This document shows, in pieces, positions 1 to 12,357 of a DNA stretch of 64,000 nt. How positions within the stretch are numbered: position 1 is the first letter of the stretch; every line of letters begins with the position of its first letter. A model generated the notes under the pieces. That model was not told where the DNA came from, ran no database searches, and saw only the letters and a program-made list of their open reading frames with translations. The translations under genes were made by a program, and so were the position numbers. Origin of the DNA: Guillardia theta CCMP2712 (Eukaryota > Protista > Cryptophyta); the NCBI RefSeq assembly GCF_000315625.1, contig NW_005434663.1:897882-961881 (forward strand). Reading direction: 5' to 3'.

Positions 1-412
1 CATCGACGAGGCGTTCATGGCGGAGGATCCCAACATCCTGAGCTTCCTCGCCGAGGCCTCGCCGCAGGAGGAAGGGGGGCGAGGCTTCTTCGCCTCCCTC
101 GAGGATTCGCAGGACCCGCAGGTTGTGAGCGACGAGCCGGATTGGGATATGCCGGATGAGGAGGGAGACCTTGCGCAGCTTGCCATGGCCACAGCAGCTT
201 CTTCTCACCTGTTCGAGCGCGTTCGCGAAGAGGGATCAGGACGAGGAGCAGGAAGGGGGGCAGGCCTAGGGGGTGCGGGTGGAGTAGGTGCGGGTGGAGC
301 GCGGAGAGGGGGGAGAGGAGGGATGGGGAGGGGTAGAGCAGGGAGAGGGAGAGGAGGGAGAGGAGGCCGAGGGCTTGTTGGTAGACAATCTCTCTTAACA
401 AGTAAAGAATAA
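1..412 (+). CDS. 3' end of a gene with an acidic segment and an RGG/GAR-rich C-terminus (truncated by window edge)
   Basis: Frame open from the window start (IDEAFMAEDP...); ends ...GARRGGRGGMGRGRAGRGRGGRGGRG...SKE*; AATAAA overlaps the stop codon. Confidence 0.6.
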   Translation, partial: IDEAFMAEDPNILSFLAEASPQEEGGRGFFASLEDSQDPQVVSDEPDWDMPDEEGDLAQLAMATAASSHLFERVREEGSGRGAGRGAGLGGAGGVGAGGARRGGRGGMGRGRAGRGRGGRGGRGLVGRQSLLTSKE

Positions 413-482
413 AAATGTGAAGAACTAAATTACAAGTGGAGTCATAGCAACGGCTCATCTCCTCCTCCTCCTCCTCCTCCTC

Positions 483-1556
483 TCACTTGACCTTGACCCT
501 AGAGCTGTCCGCACTCTTCGGGCTAGGACGGATCGAGCAAGTGTGTTTGTCATGGTCCAGCATCGCGCAAGGCAGCTACAGCAATTTCACGTCAGCACCT
601 CCTCCACCTTCCCCTTCCTCTGCCCTGAAACCCTCCCTCTCCTCTTGACCTCTCCTCCTCCTCTTCCCGTACACTCCCTCTCCTCTCCCCTCACCACACT
701 CTCTGTTCCTTTACTCCCTCCTCCCTGTTGCACCCTTCTCCCGCAACCCCCCCCGCGCCCCCCTGTTCCTCCTCCTCGCTTACCTTGCAGTATGTGAAGT
801 GCCAGACGAGGTTCCAGTAGATGGTGGGATGCTTCAACTTCACGTACTCGCAGATCCCCCCGCTGCAGCCTTCCTGCATCCTTTCGTCCTCCTCGAAATG
901 CCGGAACAGCGAGAAAAGTTCCTTTTGCACCACGATGGGGGACAAGCTCTCGCAGTAGATGGCCGAAGTGGAGGAAGGGGACGAGGAGCTGGAGGACGAA
1001 GCGAAAATTTTCATCCTCGCCACAAACCTCTTGTTGCAGTAAGCACAGCTGATGGTGTAGTCCTGGTCGTCCATGTTCCATCCACTCCTGATCTCTGCCT
1101 CCTCCACTGTGGAGCTGCACGATGGGCATTTGTCCCACACCTCGATTGCCACAGTCTGCAGCTCCGCCCTCTTGCTCACGCAGTCATGCAAGAGCAGCGG
1201 CGGCGCCTTGCGGGGAGAGCCATGCTTGTTCTTTCGCTTTTCCTGCTCTTGCCCGCCCTCAGCTTGCGTCGGAGGGTTCACGTCCTGTCGTGCCTCTTCG
1301 GTCGCCTTCCTATCGCTTTTTACTCGCTCCTCGCCTTCCCTTATCTTCATCCCTCGCACAGCATCCGACTCATTGTCCTCCACAGCTAGTAGCTTGCTCT
1401 GCGGGAGAGGAGCCTCCGTCTTTGAAGGATGAAATTTCTTGATGGATCCATCAAGTTCGATTCGCCGGGGAGGAAGAGGAGGAGGCCGACTGGGAGGAGG
1501 CGTTCGCCTCATCTCCTCGCTCGTCATCCCCCCGTGATTGGACCACTCTGCTGCTT

Positions 1557-1596
<40 letters not shown>

Positions 1597-4500
1597 AGCT
1601 CCTGCTCCTGCTCCCTCGTCATGCCTGTCCTCTATCGAAGGATTCATGTCAATGTTGGGGACCACATCTTGACTCCTCAAGAACAAGGGAGACGTGAAGT
1701 CATTCTGATCCGCACAAACGTCTCCGATGCTCCTTCTTCTCCTTTTCTCGATCTCATTCCCGCTGACCTTCTGCAGCCCGTGCTCTCCTCCACTACTCCT
1801 CCTCCTCTGTTGTCCTTTCACGAGATCTGGAGGAGAAGCTGTATGCTCCAAGGAGACGGCCACTGCCTGGTCCGCTGCGTCAACGAGCGAGGTTTCAACT
1901 TTGGCAAGGATCGACGAGCCCTCAGTCTCCTGCTGCCTCAGCCCTGCTACGACGTCACATCGGATACCTCCACACCTCCTGCTCTTCTTCTGACCTGTAT
2001 CCACGTGTTCCGTGAGCGTCTCCTGCCCTCCAGGTAGAGGGATCAGCGGGTTGTGCTCCTTCTCCATCGAGCTCTTAGGCGGGCGCGGCTCCGCCTCCTC
2101 CTGCGGCAGTTCAAGCTGGACGCCCTCCGGCTTGAGCTCCTCGCACATGGAGGACAAGGCAGACGATCCTTCTGCTTCTTCGCATCCAAACTCAGGGCTC
2201 GTGCTGGTGGCATAGGTGCTTCCTTCCTCCACTACCTCCAGCCCCTCCCCCAGCCTCATCACGGGCATAGCAGGATCTGACTTTCTGCTCTGCCCATGCC
2301 CGAAGATCCCAGCAGAGTGCGCCTCCTCCTCCATCTTGCTCGCTGAGAACTCAAGGGAGCTGGGCAGGAGGGAGTGGTTCGTGTCCCATAGCGCGCTGCT
2401 CTCCCGCATTGGCGTCATGCATCCAGGGGTCACGCAGACCTGCGAGTTGGCGACGGCCTTGATGAGGCTGCTGTAAACCAGCGCGTCCGGTCGCATGCCC
2501 AGCACGTGCATCTCGTCTAGGAGCTTGATCGCCTGTTCGGGGCATCCGGCACGTGCCGAGGCTTCCATGAGGGCCCTGAAGGCTGACTCGTTGGGCTCCA
2601 GTTTCTCCTGAAGAGAGAGGTGAGGGAGGGAGGGAGAGAGAGGGAGCAGGAGGCCTCCATTAGCGAAGAGGGAGGGCGGAGGAGGTGAATGGGAGGAGGA
2701 ACGAGAAGAGTTACCTCCTTCATCTTTGCGAAGACGGAAAGGGCCTCAGCGAACTTTGCCTTTGGGCTGTCGCAGGATTCGATTGAGCCGCTTCCTCCAA
2801 GGCTGGACGATTCGCTCATGAAGAGTACTTGGAGGAGGAACCAGGTGGAGAAGATAGACTCTCTCATAGCGACCTCCGTGAGCTGCATGTGATCGAGATC
2901 AAGACAGTAAAGTTGCTAAGGAGGAGGCGAACGAGAAGTAGGGAGAGGAGGTGATGAACGAAGGAGGGTGGTGGAGGAAGGGGCAGTTCAAGGACCTTGG
3001 CGCTCTTGTCCTTGAGGGCTGAGGGGGGCGTGAAGCAGGTGAGAGTGTTGACTCGGTTCAGAGGAGGATGCGTCCTCTTCCTTGTTGTGTGATGCTGCAG
3101 AATTTCTCCGGTGATAAGCGAACGGACCTGAAATGCTGGTGAGCTCCTGGTGACGGCAAGCTAGGAAGGTCTTACCTCCCTCGGGGTGCCGAAGAGAGAA
3201 GAGTCGAGGCGGGGGAAGGTGCTGCTGCAGTAGGAGAGGCCGGGGATAAGACCCTGGTCGCTCGGGGAAAGGGCCACGTGAGTGCGTGTGATGGAATGGC
3301 GCTTGTCGCTGAGGAAGGGCGTCGGGCGCTTGTGGAGGCGGAGGGAAGAGCTGATAGGATGAAGTCAACCACGGATGGAGGGAATCAGTTAGATAGGACG
3401 AGAGCAAGGGGTGAGGATAGGCAGAGAGTTAGGAGGGGGTAAGGAGGAGAGGACGGAGGCAAGGGGAGGGGACGGAGGCAGAAAGAGACAAGGGATGGGA
3501 ATGGGAGAAGGGGAGAAGGGCAACGGAAGACGAGCAGCTTACCGGTTTGCCTTGGCTTCCATGCTCTCGTCGAAGAGAACGTGGTCATGGCTCCTGCCCG
3601 AGCTGTAGATCCTTCGCTCTATGAAGGATGCAAACATCTGCGTGTCTAGAAACATGGAGAGGAAACCTCTCGTTTCCCTGGGAACGCTCTGAAACTCAAA
3701 GTGAGGATGGAAAATTTTAAGGTAATCCCTCTTTCCCTCTCGCTTTCCACCTCCTCAGCATATTTGCTTTCAACGAGTCATTCGTTCTCCCCCCCCCCCC
3801 CCCTCCCTTTCCCTTTCCTTCTGAACAAAGTCTCCTCCTTTACCTCGAGGAACTTCGCCTTCCTGAATATTTCGCTCGGCTCTGGGACTCCAGCTGTGGG
3901 AAGGACTAGAAATTCACGATAACCGTGGAGGAGGGAGAGGAGGAGGCGGAAGAATGAATATTGCAGTTGAGAAGTGTCGATCTTCTTGGCTTGCGACTTC
4001 TCCTGTACCAGAGAAATCAACAAGAGCGTCGCTCCTGCTTCATCCTCTCTACCCTGCACTCTGAAATCTCTTCACCTTCTCACTCTACTGCCTCATTCCC
4101 TCCTATTCCTCCTCCTGCTTCTTCGCTAGAGCTTCTCTGTATTTACCTTCAGTGCAGCTTCTGATTCAGCTGGCGTCGGGGCCATCTCGAATGCCAAATC
4201 AATGCTTCCCGTCCACTTCTTTGCAAGCTTGGGATCGAAATCTCCTGCAACTTGCTGCAAGCTCAAGTGAGAAGGAGTGAGGGCTGGAAGAGGACTGACA
4301 TGCAGCTGCTCCAGCAACTTCTTCCTCTGCTTTGAGGGAAGCGAAGGGATCCCCCTCGTCGACCGCACAGAGTTCTCGTCCAGGTTGACCACCACGACAT
4401 CATCTGGGCATGACGAGCTGCAACAGTTTCACACGAGGACGGGAGAGGAAGGAGCCATGGAGAACAAGAGTCGAGGAGGGCAGGAAGGAGAGTGAGAGAG

Positions 4501-5998
4501 GCAGGCGAGGGGAAGGGAGGGAATTTCCCGACCGGAGGAAGTCCTCTTGCTTGTTCATGAGCGGAGCAGGATGCACTCCCATGATGAAAGGGGTCGGCGC
4601 GTTCACAAACTCAAGGAGCTGCAGGAGAAGAGCGTCAGAAGCAGTCAAGACTCTGATGTTGGAGCTCATTCGTTGGCTGACCTGAAAGGGCAGGACAGGA
4701 ATGTAGACATGCTCCCATCGGAACGGAAAGATGAGCGATAGCAACGCCTCAGAAGCGTTGGTGAGAATCTTAACGCATCGTCAAGCCGGTCAGAAGGCGC
4801 GCACACCACTCTTACCGAGGAATGTTTGGAATACAGGATCAATTTCTGTTCCAAGAGCAGTAGACTGAACAACTAAAACATGCAAAATGTCAATCGAGCT
4901 TTCCAGGCCCGTCCGTCAACCCAAATAGAGAATGTTGGGAGGGAACAAAATTCGAGCAAGCAGGGAAAGGCTTGATGTGTAATGAAAGCTTGATACGCAT
5001 GATGCGATCATTCACCTGTACGATGTTGTGTCTATCCAGAAGTGCAAACAACAAATCAAGAGGAGCGTTCGCCTGACAAGCGGAACTTTCAAAGGAGCGG
5101 TAAGGGCAAGCCGTTCCTCACCATCGGAATCTCATTGGCAGGCGAGCGGATGAGATCCATGGTCTTGTCCGCGATAGTATATTGCACCTTAAATCTCCCC
5201 CGTGGAGGAAGAGGGACTTCATAGATGAGATTCGAGATGTATCGCTCCACCGGGATTCGTGATGCAGTCAAACTGACTCGGTACAACTGGGAACGAAAGG
5301 AGTCAAGACGAATTCATGAGAACAGTGGGACAAACTACACAAACCTGTTTCAAAAATTCTCTGTGGAGATCGAAAAACGGCCAATGCGAGATCAGGCAGA
5401 TACACCTTCAAAGCAGAAATTTGAGATAAAAGCGAAATTGCATGCAGTCTAATCAACGCACTTGGGGATCCAGAGCTCATTCTTGATACTTTCAGGGTTC
5501 TTGCACATCTTGTACAGAGCATCCTTGGGCAATTCATCATGGAATGTCAGGACTGAAGCATACAGCCGAGATCCTTCGTTGCTAGTGAACACAACGATGT
5601 AGAATGTCGGCAATGGACACGAAATCTTCACTGACAGTCCCTCTGGAAGAGCAAACATGGCCACTTGTGGGGGGAAGATAGTATCTGTGTGATCCTCCAG
5701 TGGGAACCTGTCAATGATCGATGCTTTGAACCTTTCATTGCACTTGTGAGCACAAACAAAACACGTCATGCTGGCTCACCTCTTCTCGAGCAGGGAGTTC
5801 AAGTCCTCACAAAGCTCGCTTTTCGGCGATGATATGTTTGGGTCTTCAGTGTGACTTTCATCATCCTGTTAGGCTGACATGAGTATATGTACTCATGTAA
5901 TGCGTGAGGGCAACCTGTAGACTAACAATGGCCGAATCTAGGCCCACAACCACGAAGTAGTCTGCAACACGCTCCGGAGACTCATCTATCTCTGACAT
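483..5998 (-). CDS. DENND4: DENND4/CRAG-like Rab GEF: uDENN-cDENN-dDENN, PPR motif and DENND4-type C-terminal domain (multi-exon)
   Basis: Start MSEIDESPERVADYFVVVGLD (ATG 5998); uDENN IIDRFPLEDH..VAMFALPEG..YASVLTFHD; cDENN LLLEQKLILYS, LIFPFRWEHVYIPVLP, NAPTPFIMGVH, VVNLDEN; dDENN FFRLLLSLLHGYREFL..FLDTQMFASFIERR; PPR AGCPEQAIKLLDEMHVLGMRPDALVYSSLIKA; C-terminal CPSC..EIRSGW..CAYC..LSPIVVQKEL..HPTIYWNLVWHF; last exon LPCAML..VKVK* ends 483. Confidence 0.9.
1555..1612 (+). repeat. (TGCTCC)n hexamer microsatellite, encodes (GA)n in the DENN protein
   Basis: About 9 tandem tgctcc units, read as GAGAGAGA on the minus strand. Confidence 0.9.
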
Positions 5999-6935
5999 GA
6001 AGGATGAGCGTGTTGTGCTTCACAACTGCAACCAAACTTTCAATCACGAGAGCTTTGACAAAGACTGACAACCTAAGGATTCGGAGACTTGGATAGCAGA
6101 TTTTGACGTTCGACCATTTAATGTCCTGACAGAGGAGAGAAATGAACACATCAGAACCGAAAAAAGTGAATCTGACACTCGGATTCAAAGGCATCAGCTA
6201 ACAAAGGATTGGAAACAGGCAGAAAGACAACAACATGAAACTCTGCTCTTCACGTCACTGCGCTCTTTGTGTATTCAACCAACGAGCACGAATTCAAAAT
6301 CTCATTCAGCGACACCTGACTGAAAAAAAAGACCGAACATGTGCATGAACAATGGTTCGGATACAACAGTACGCATCAATTTTGGTCATATCGTTTGTAG
6401 GTAACACTATGAGAACGAAGAGTGAGAGAAACAGAAATTCCTTATCATCCCTACCCATTCTGCTCTTCTAAATATGCTACAGGGCTTCTAACCAGTCACA
6501 GACTTTCAGAGGCAAGTTCTCTGAGCAGCGCAAAGTTTGACATCCTCTCTCTCTTTCTTCTTTCTCCTTCATTCAATATCTCCTTCCATTCTCCACCACC
6601 GCCGTCCCGATCGCCTCTCTGCCCCCGGCGCATCCTTCCGCCTCCTGCATGAATGACCACCCTACTACATTGTCACCCTACCTTCTTCGTTTGAGTACCC
6701 CCCTTCCCTCTTAGAATTACCCTTCGCCCATACATATTATCAACCACCCCCACCCCTCACTTCCCCTTCCCACCTATCCTTTAAAAAGTGAAAGCGGATT
6801 TTAAAAGAGCACCTATACATTATTATTATAACATCTTATAAGAGTTTATAAAGACAAAACACATCTAAACTACGGTTACAGATCTGATTACATTTCCGTT
6901 AGCTACTACAGTACCGGTCACTGCGACAGGATTTA

Positions 6936-7200
6936 TCAACTTCGACTGCGAAATCTTTTCAACTTCGTGCTCCTGTGAACATCAGGGATGGGCTGCGTGC
7001 TTGTGATCCTGTACACGCCCTCGAGGAGGTCCCCGTGCCTCAGGCTGCAACCTTCCCTCCTGCACAACCTCTCTACATTCTGATAAACAATGCAATGTCC
7101 ATCCAAACGAAAAATTGTTTGCTCTATCATGTATAGATACTTCCTTGCTCGCCTGAGGCTTTGGCTTCGTGATGTTCAATGATGTATTTCCGTTTTCCAT
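6936..7200 (-). CDS. Possible small two-exon hypothetical protein
   Basis: MENGNTSLNITKPKPQ joined through a putative GC-AG intron (~7081-7152) to NVERLCRREGCSLRHGDLLEGVYRITSTQPIPDVHRSTKLKRFRSRS*; no recognisable domain. Confidence 0.3.
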
Positions 7201-7372
7201 GCAGTTGTACCAGCACCATACTTCATATGAGATGACAGGAAACTTTAATAACGCAGTTGATACGAGGCCTACATAGATGATGAGGTCAGGTGGCACAGGG
7301 TTCAGACAAGCAGTAGTGTTTAGGCAAGCGCACCATGGCAGAGCACCTGCTTCATACTTGTACAGGGTTGGG

Positions 7373-8116
7373 ATGACTCATTTGATGCAGATGGTCGTCA
7401 AGCCTCAGCACGACAATGAAGCCATTTACTGCGATACTCCTTTCAGCCAACGCCTTCCTCTCCCGAAGGAGATGGGAGGCTGTATGAGCTGCTTCGTTGC
7501 GATGGCAGGAGTGAAGATGCCTCTCGTGCGAGGCATTCCGAAGAATGCCGTCAAGCTGTCCGATGCGGAGGTAAAGAAGATCATTGACAAGATGCAAGGG
7601 AGCTGGCAGATACAGCCCCTGGATGGAGGAGGGCAGGTGGTGAATTACAATTCAAGAACGCAACCTGTGCTTTTCACCGAAGCTTACGTGGAAGGCACCA
7701 AGTTGATCATCAGGCAAGCGCTGCTGGGCCAAAGGCTAACTTGTTAAGTTGCTCATGCTGATGTATTCTGCAGCGGCGGTCAGCACAACACTGTTGGACG
7801 TAAAGGTCAAGGCCCAAGGGCTGTGGCGAACCAGACACAGGAGCAGTCGCTCCACATGATGCACAAGGGACAAGACGGGGTCATCTACGTGGACTACATG
7901 GGATCCATGCTGGAGGACTTTAATCCCGAGGGCGGTGAGATCACTTTCAACAACGCGCTAAACCTCCGCCTCAAATTCCTACGAGGATGGAAGAAAGACG
8001 GCCTGCCTGCTCCTCAAGTTAACGGCAGCGCCGATGCCGGGATATTCTGCATGCACTGCGGGAAGCCAAGCCCGTCGGAAGCCATGTTTTGCAGCTCGTG
8101 CGGAAAGGTGAAATGA
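7373..8116 (+). CDS. Hypothetical protein with C-terminal zinc ribbon
   Basis: ORFs 7277-7747 and 7823-8116 join in frame across intron 7714-7773; C-terminus FCMHCGKPSPSEAMFCSSCGK (CxxC-x10-CxxC); start codon uncertain. Confidence 0.7.
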
Positions 8117-9727
8117 GTTTGAGAGGCAGGTACATAACACCCAAAGGGGTCTTGAGTGTTTGAGGACACTCGCGTTACCAGCATTTGAGAACTGCCAGTC
8201 TACTAGAAAGGATTGGAGATTTTAGAGCGCTTTGCAGTAAACTATATTGAGCGGAAGAGGAAAGGGATGGGATCCATCTCTAGTCTGCATTGAGGCAACT
8301 TCTGTCCTGCATTATGAGTCAAGTTCCCGGCTCCCTCCCTCTCGTCATCCTGCCATCTGCCTTGCTATCCCTGTTTTCCCTGCCCCTGACCCTGCCCAGA
8401 CCCTGCCCCCCTTTCGATTGGTACAGATGTTAAAAGTATCTTGTAGAAGAATTATACACAGTACTGGACATTTAAAAAGAGCTTGTACAAGAATAGCAAT
8501 TATAAAACTACATATAAAATCATGACACATAAAGTAAAGTGCTATTTTGTCCGACAAGGGTAGGGGTAGTGATATGGTTCGGGAAGAAAGGGTACTTTTG
8601 ACCTCCAGTGGGGGGGTGGTCAGTATCCAAAAAGCATGATTGTGGTGTGGTGTGGTTGGGAGGGGTGCAAATGTCAAGAGGTGTAGAACTGATTGATTGG
8701 GGTGGGGTTGTTCTTTGGAATGTGTATGAGGGTCCAAGTTTGAAGGTGTAGGGGGTAGGGTATGCGAAAGTGTTGTGGGGTAGGTACCTATTGGTAGAAG
8801 TAAAGAAATGATGGAGACCGGGGGTGGGGATGGGGACTAATAACGAACATGGGGTGGTAGGGGTAGCGCCAAGGATTGAAGTCGGGGTAGGGTACCTGGA
8901 GGGCGGATTTATATGTCAGCAAAAATGAGAGATGCAGATAGGAGGGAAGGGGACCAAGCACAGGACGATAGAAGCGAGGGGGAGGAGGAGGCGGCGGAAC
9001 ATTGAAGCAAATGATGTGCAAGAAGTAGGACATACGAGACAGTGAGAAGGTGACGACTGAAACACCGAGATTTGGTGACGTGAAAACTGAGACAAAGGAC
9101 GAAATTAGAAATAGCAAACAAGAGAAGGGTAGAATGAGCTTTTCGAACATCTGTGAATTAGAAATGTATTAAAACTGAAATGTATAAGGGACATGGATGT
9201 CATAGATGATTTAAGCGCACGATAAGATGCAAGATGGTATGCGAATATTTGACAGGACCTATGTTTCTTTATATCTAGGAGGGAAGAAAGAGAGAAGGCA
9301 AGTATGTATAACCTTGGAGATATGGCGTGAGAAATTGTCTTTAACAACAATATTGAGGTATGCATACAAGTGAGAATAGCGAAAAAGACATAATCATGAA
9401 GAACAGACACAGTAAACATGGGGATGAACAGTGTAGTAAAAATCAGTGGAGTTGGACGCATGTTTACGATGGGAAAGGAGTATGTGAAATATCACAAAGT
9501 CAGTTGTCACAACCATGAGCTCTGAAGTATTTTCCCTCTCTGAGTTTTTGCCTGGTAGGCTACTGAAGCGCTTCAAGACATTCGAGAAACTGAGGCTGCA
9601 GAATTTAATGCTGGATGGCCAACCTGTGCCGTTATGCTCACTGCCTTCACTTTAAGGGCAGCCTCTTGGATGAAGGTCGTTTAAAGGTACCTTGCACAGC
9701 TTCACTCAAGGGAGACCAGCATCCTTC

Positions 9728-11567
9728 ATGCTAAGATCGACTCTCTTGCTCCTGCTTCTATTCGCCTCAACTCTCTCTTGCTGCACCGAGGAACACCACC
9801 CACGAAGCTTCACACCCTCGGACAGCACCGTCTCGTCCTGCCTGGTCAAGGGTTCGACCGAATGGGAAGGGTTCAGGAGGATCTGGCAGAGTCTGCAATT
9901 CAAAGGAATGCAGAGTCCAGTGACGGATTCTGAATCAGAGGTCTGCCCCTGCCCCTGCCCCTGCCCCTGCCCCTGCCCCTGCCCCTGCCCCTGCCCCTTC
10001 CCCTTCTCTTCTCCCACTCGGATCGCTGCTCCTGCTCCTCTTGCTCCTCTTGCTCATTTGCTAGATCCCTTGCTCTTCTTCCTCCCTCTTTCTCCCCTCC
10101 CTGGTATGTCCCGCCGCACTCTTGCTTGTGTTTCTGCCACATTCCTGAAAATGCTTCACACCTCCCACACCTCACTCCTCTACCTTTTGTGGGTTGTTGT
10201 TACTGATATGGAGACAATCCAGGCCGTCAACATCACGCAGCATATGGAAATCGATGCCGTTTCCTACGACGAGTGGCTTCTTCCCGCTGCTTACGGTTCT
10301 GATTTGCATGAGAACGTGGGCTCCTGCTCGGTCGAGCCTCAATCCGACGAGCCAATATCAGGGGAGAGCAGCAGGCGAGTTTGCAGCTTGTGCAAGGACA
10401 TGGATGCGACCAGGGGGATCACTGAGGGAGTGGGAGGGAAGTGGAAGACCTTCCTCTGCAGGACATGCTCGCAGTTCGTGAAAGGAAGCATCTCACTAAG
10501 CACACGCTGCTACAGTTGCAGCAGGTATGCCAACTTCGGGCCGGTGGGGGGAATCAGGAGAGACGCGCGACACTGCAAGCGGCATCGAAGGAGTGACGAA
10601 GTGAATCTGTCGAAAAGGCCCACGAGGGCTGAGCTGGCGGACTTGTCCCGCACGGGGTCCTGGGAGAGCTCGATGCAAGAGCTGGACTCCTTGTGCGACG
10701 TGCTAGAGCGCGAGGGCGAGCCGCCCTTTGCCAACTCCAGGATCTCAAAGTCCAGGCGCTGCAGCTTCCCCAACTGCGAGTTTGCAGCCAGCTTCGGGTT
10801 ATCGGGCACGAGCGCTACCCTGTGCGGCATCCATAGGTTGGCAGATCATGTGGATGTGATACATCGGAGGAGGTGTGAAGTGGAAGGATGCGTCCGCCAT
10901 CCCTCCTACGGCCACCCGTCCGAGTCGTTCGCTCGCTTCTGCAAGTCGCATCGCCCCCAAAACTTCATCGACATGAAGTCGAGGAAGTGTCAGTATCCCT
11001 TCGGCTGTCTCAAGCGACCTTCCTTTGGCAGTGCGGAGGACGGCATCCCTCGCTTCTGCATGCAGCACAAGCTGCGCACTCACGTCAATGTAAAGAGCAG
11101 GTGCGACTAGTGCTCTCGCGCATGTCTCTGTCGTTTGGTTTTCCTGCTCCTCTGACATAATTTCTTATAGGAAGTGCCAAAGCGCAGGATGCGGGAAGCA
11201 GCCTTGTTTCGGCAGCAACGTCGACCATGTGGTTCGCTTCTGTGCCATCCATCGAGGAAAGGACGACGTCGACCTGGTGCATCGCTCGCCCGCTGTCACA
11301 TTGCAACCAGCGGTAAGCTTGCTCTCACTTCCCTCATGCAGATGCTCTTCCTCTTTTTGCCTGCTCCTAATCCTCCCTTCTTACCCCTTCCTCCGATCTT
11401 CTCTGCTCATTCTTACAATCACTCCCTACTCACTCCTTCCTTAGGTGAGCGAGTCAGAGTTGCAACAGGAGCCGTCCCCCAGTCGTGAAGCCCCTCGGCT
11501 GGTGGATCTTGCTTTGCCGCCCAACCCGCAGGAGCAAAGATTCACCATCGTGGATTTTGTACGATGA
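9728..11567 (+). CDS. EsV-1-7-type cysteine/histidine-rich repeat protein with N-terminal signal peptide
   Basis: Leader MLRSTLLLLLLFASTLSC; about 5 repeats such as RRCEVEGCVRHPSYGHPSESFARFCKSHRPQNFIDMKS and RKCQYPFGCLKRPSFGSAEDGIPRFCMQHK; introns at ~9941-10222, ~11101-11170 and ~11313-11444. Confidence 0.85.
9943..9998 (+). repeat. (CTGCCC)n microsatellite in an intron
   Basis: About 9 tandem ctgccc units directly after the donor GT at 9941. Confidence 0.85.
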
Positions 11568-11743
11568 TCTTCCGGCCAATTCCAGCGCTTGAGCAGCTCC
11601 AGGCCCAGAGACCAAGTCCTCAACATCTTCAGCATATTCCTCGTCCTCGGCCTCTGTTCCTGCCCTCCTCCCTTCACTCTCTCCTCTCGAATCTCTTCCT
11701 CGCCAGCTGTAGAATTTATTGATTTCAATCTAAGATCATCTCT

Positions 11744-12357
11744 TTATGCGTCAGCGCCCTCTGCTCCCGACCCAGTACTGAACCCTCTCTCCTGCCCGGG
11801 AGGATGCAACAGGCTGGTGCCGAACGCCGCAACCTTCTTGATGTGAGGCCGGTACGTGCAGTCAGCCACATGGTGAACCATGCAGTCTATCGGGGTGACA
11901 ATGAAGGGGATGCTTGCTAGCCCCATCGCCTGCCATGCATCGTCAGCAGGCACACCTGGTTGCCAACCTCTCCTCATCCCATTACCGTAGGGAAGATGCT
12001 CCTGTAGCGGACAGGAACTTTGACCTTCGAAGCCGCCCACACGATTCTGTTGATGACGATTCCAGGGATAGCTATGCTTGCCAGCCCCTGCCACAGTGCT
12101 GTATCCAACCCCCGTTCGATGGCCATCTTCATTCTGTCAGAGCTATGCTTCTGCTTATCTGACATCGACTCCCACGATTTGTGTGTGGTGTCTGCTAGAA
12201 CGTATGACCCCGCAAGGACGTAGGAGGCTGTCACCCACGACCGCGGGACCACAGGACGAAAGGATTCACCGAGCTCGTTGGCATATCCCAAGAACCTGAC
12301 AGGCGTGTCTTTGAACACGTCGTGCTCTTGCTTATCGCTATCGTGCTTCAAATCCAT
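11744..12357 (-). CDS. MTFP1: Mitochondrial fission process protein 1 (MTP18 family), two exons
   Basis: DVFKDTPVRFLGYANELGESFRP..SYVLAGSYVLADT..DTALWQGLASIAIPGIVINRIV..GLASIPFIVTPID, the MTP18 signature. Confidence 0.92.

Noticed and set aside
799-2476. Plus-strand ORFs opposite the DENN gene
   Set aside because: Antisense or low-complexity shadows of the 625-aa exon.
9941-10222. (CP)n metal-binding motif in the 472-aa ORF
   Set aside because: It starts at a GT donor and runs through pyrimidine-rich sequence to an AG, so it is most likely an in-frame intron.
9692-11567. Endogenous giant virus insertion around the EsV-1-7 gene
   Set aside because: The gene has introns and is flanked by ordinary eukaryotic genes; no NCLDV core genes are nearby.
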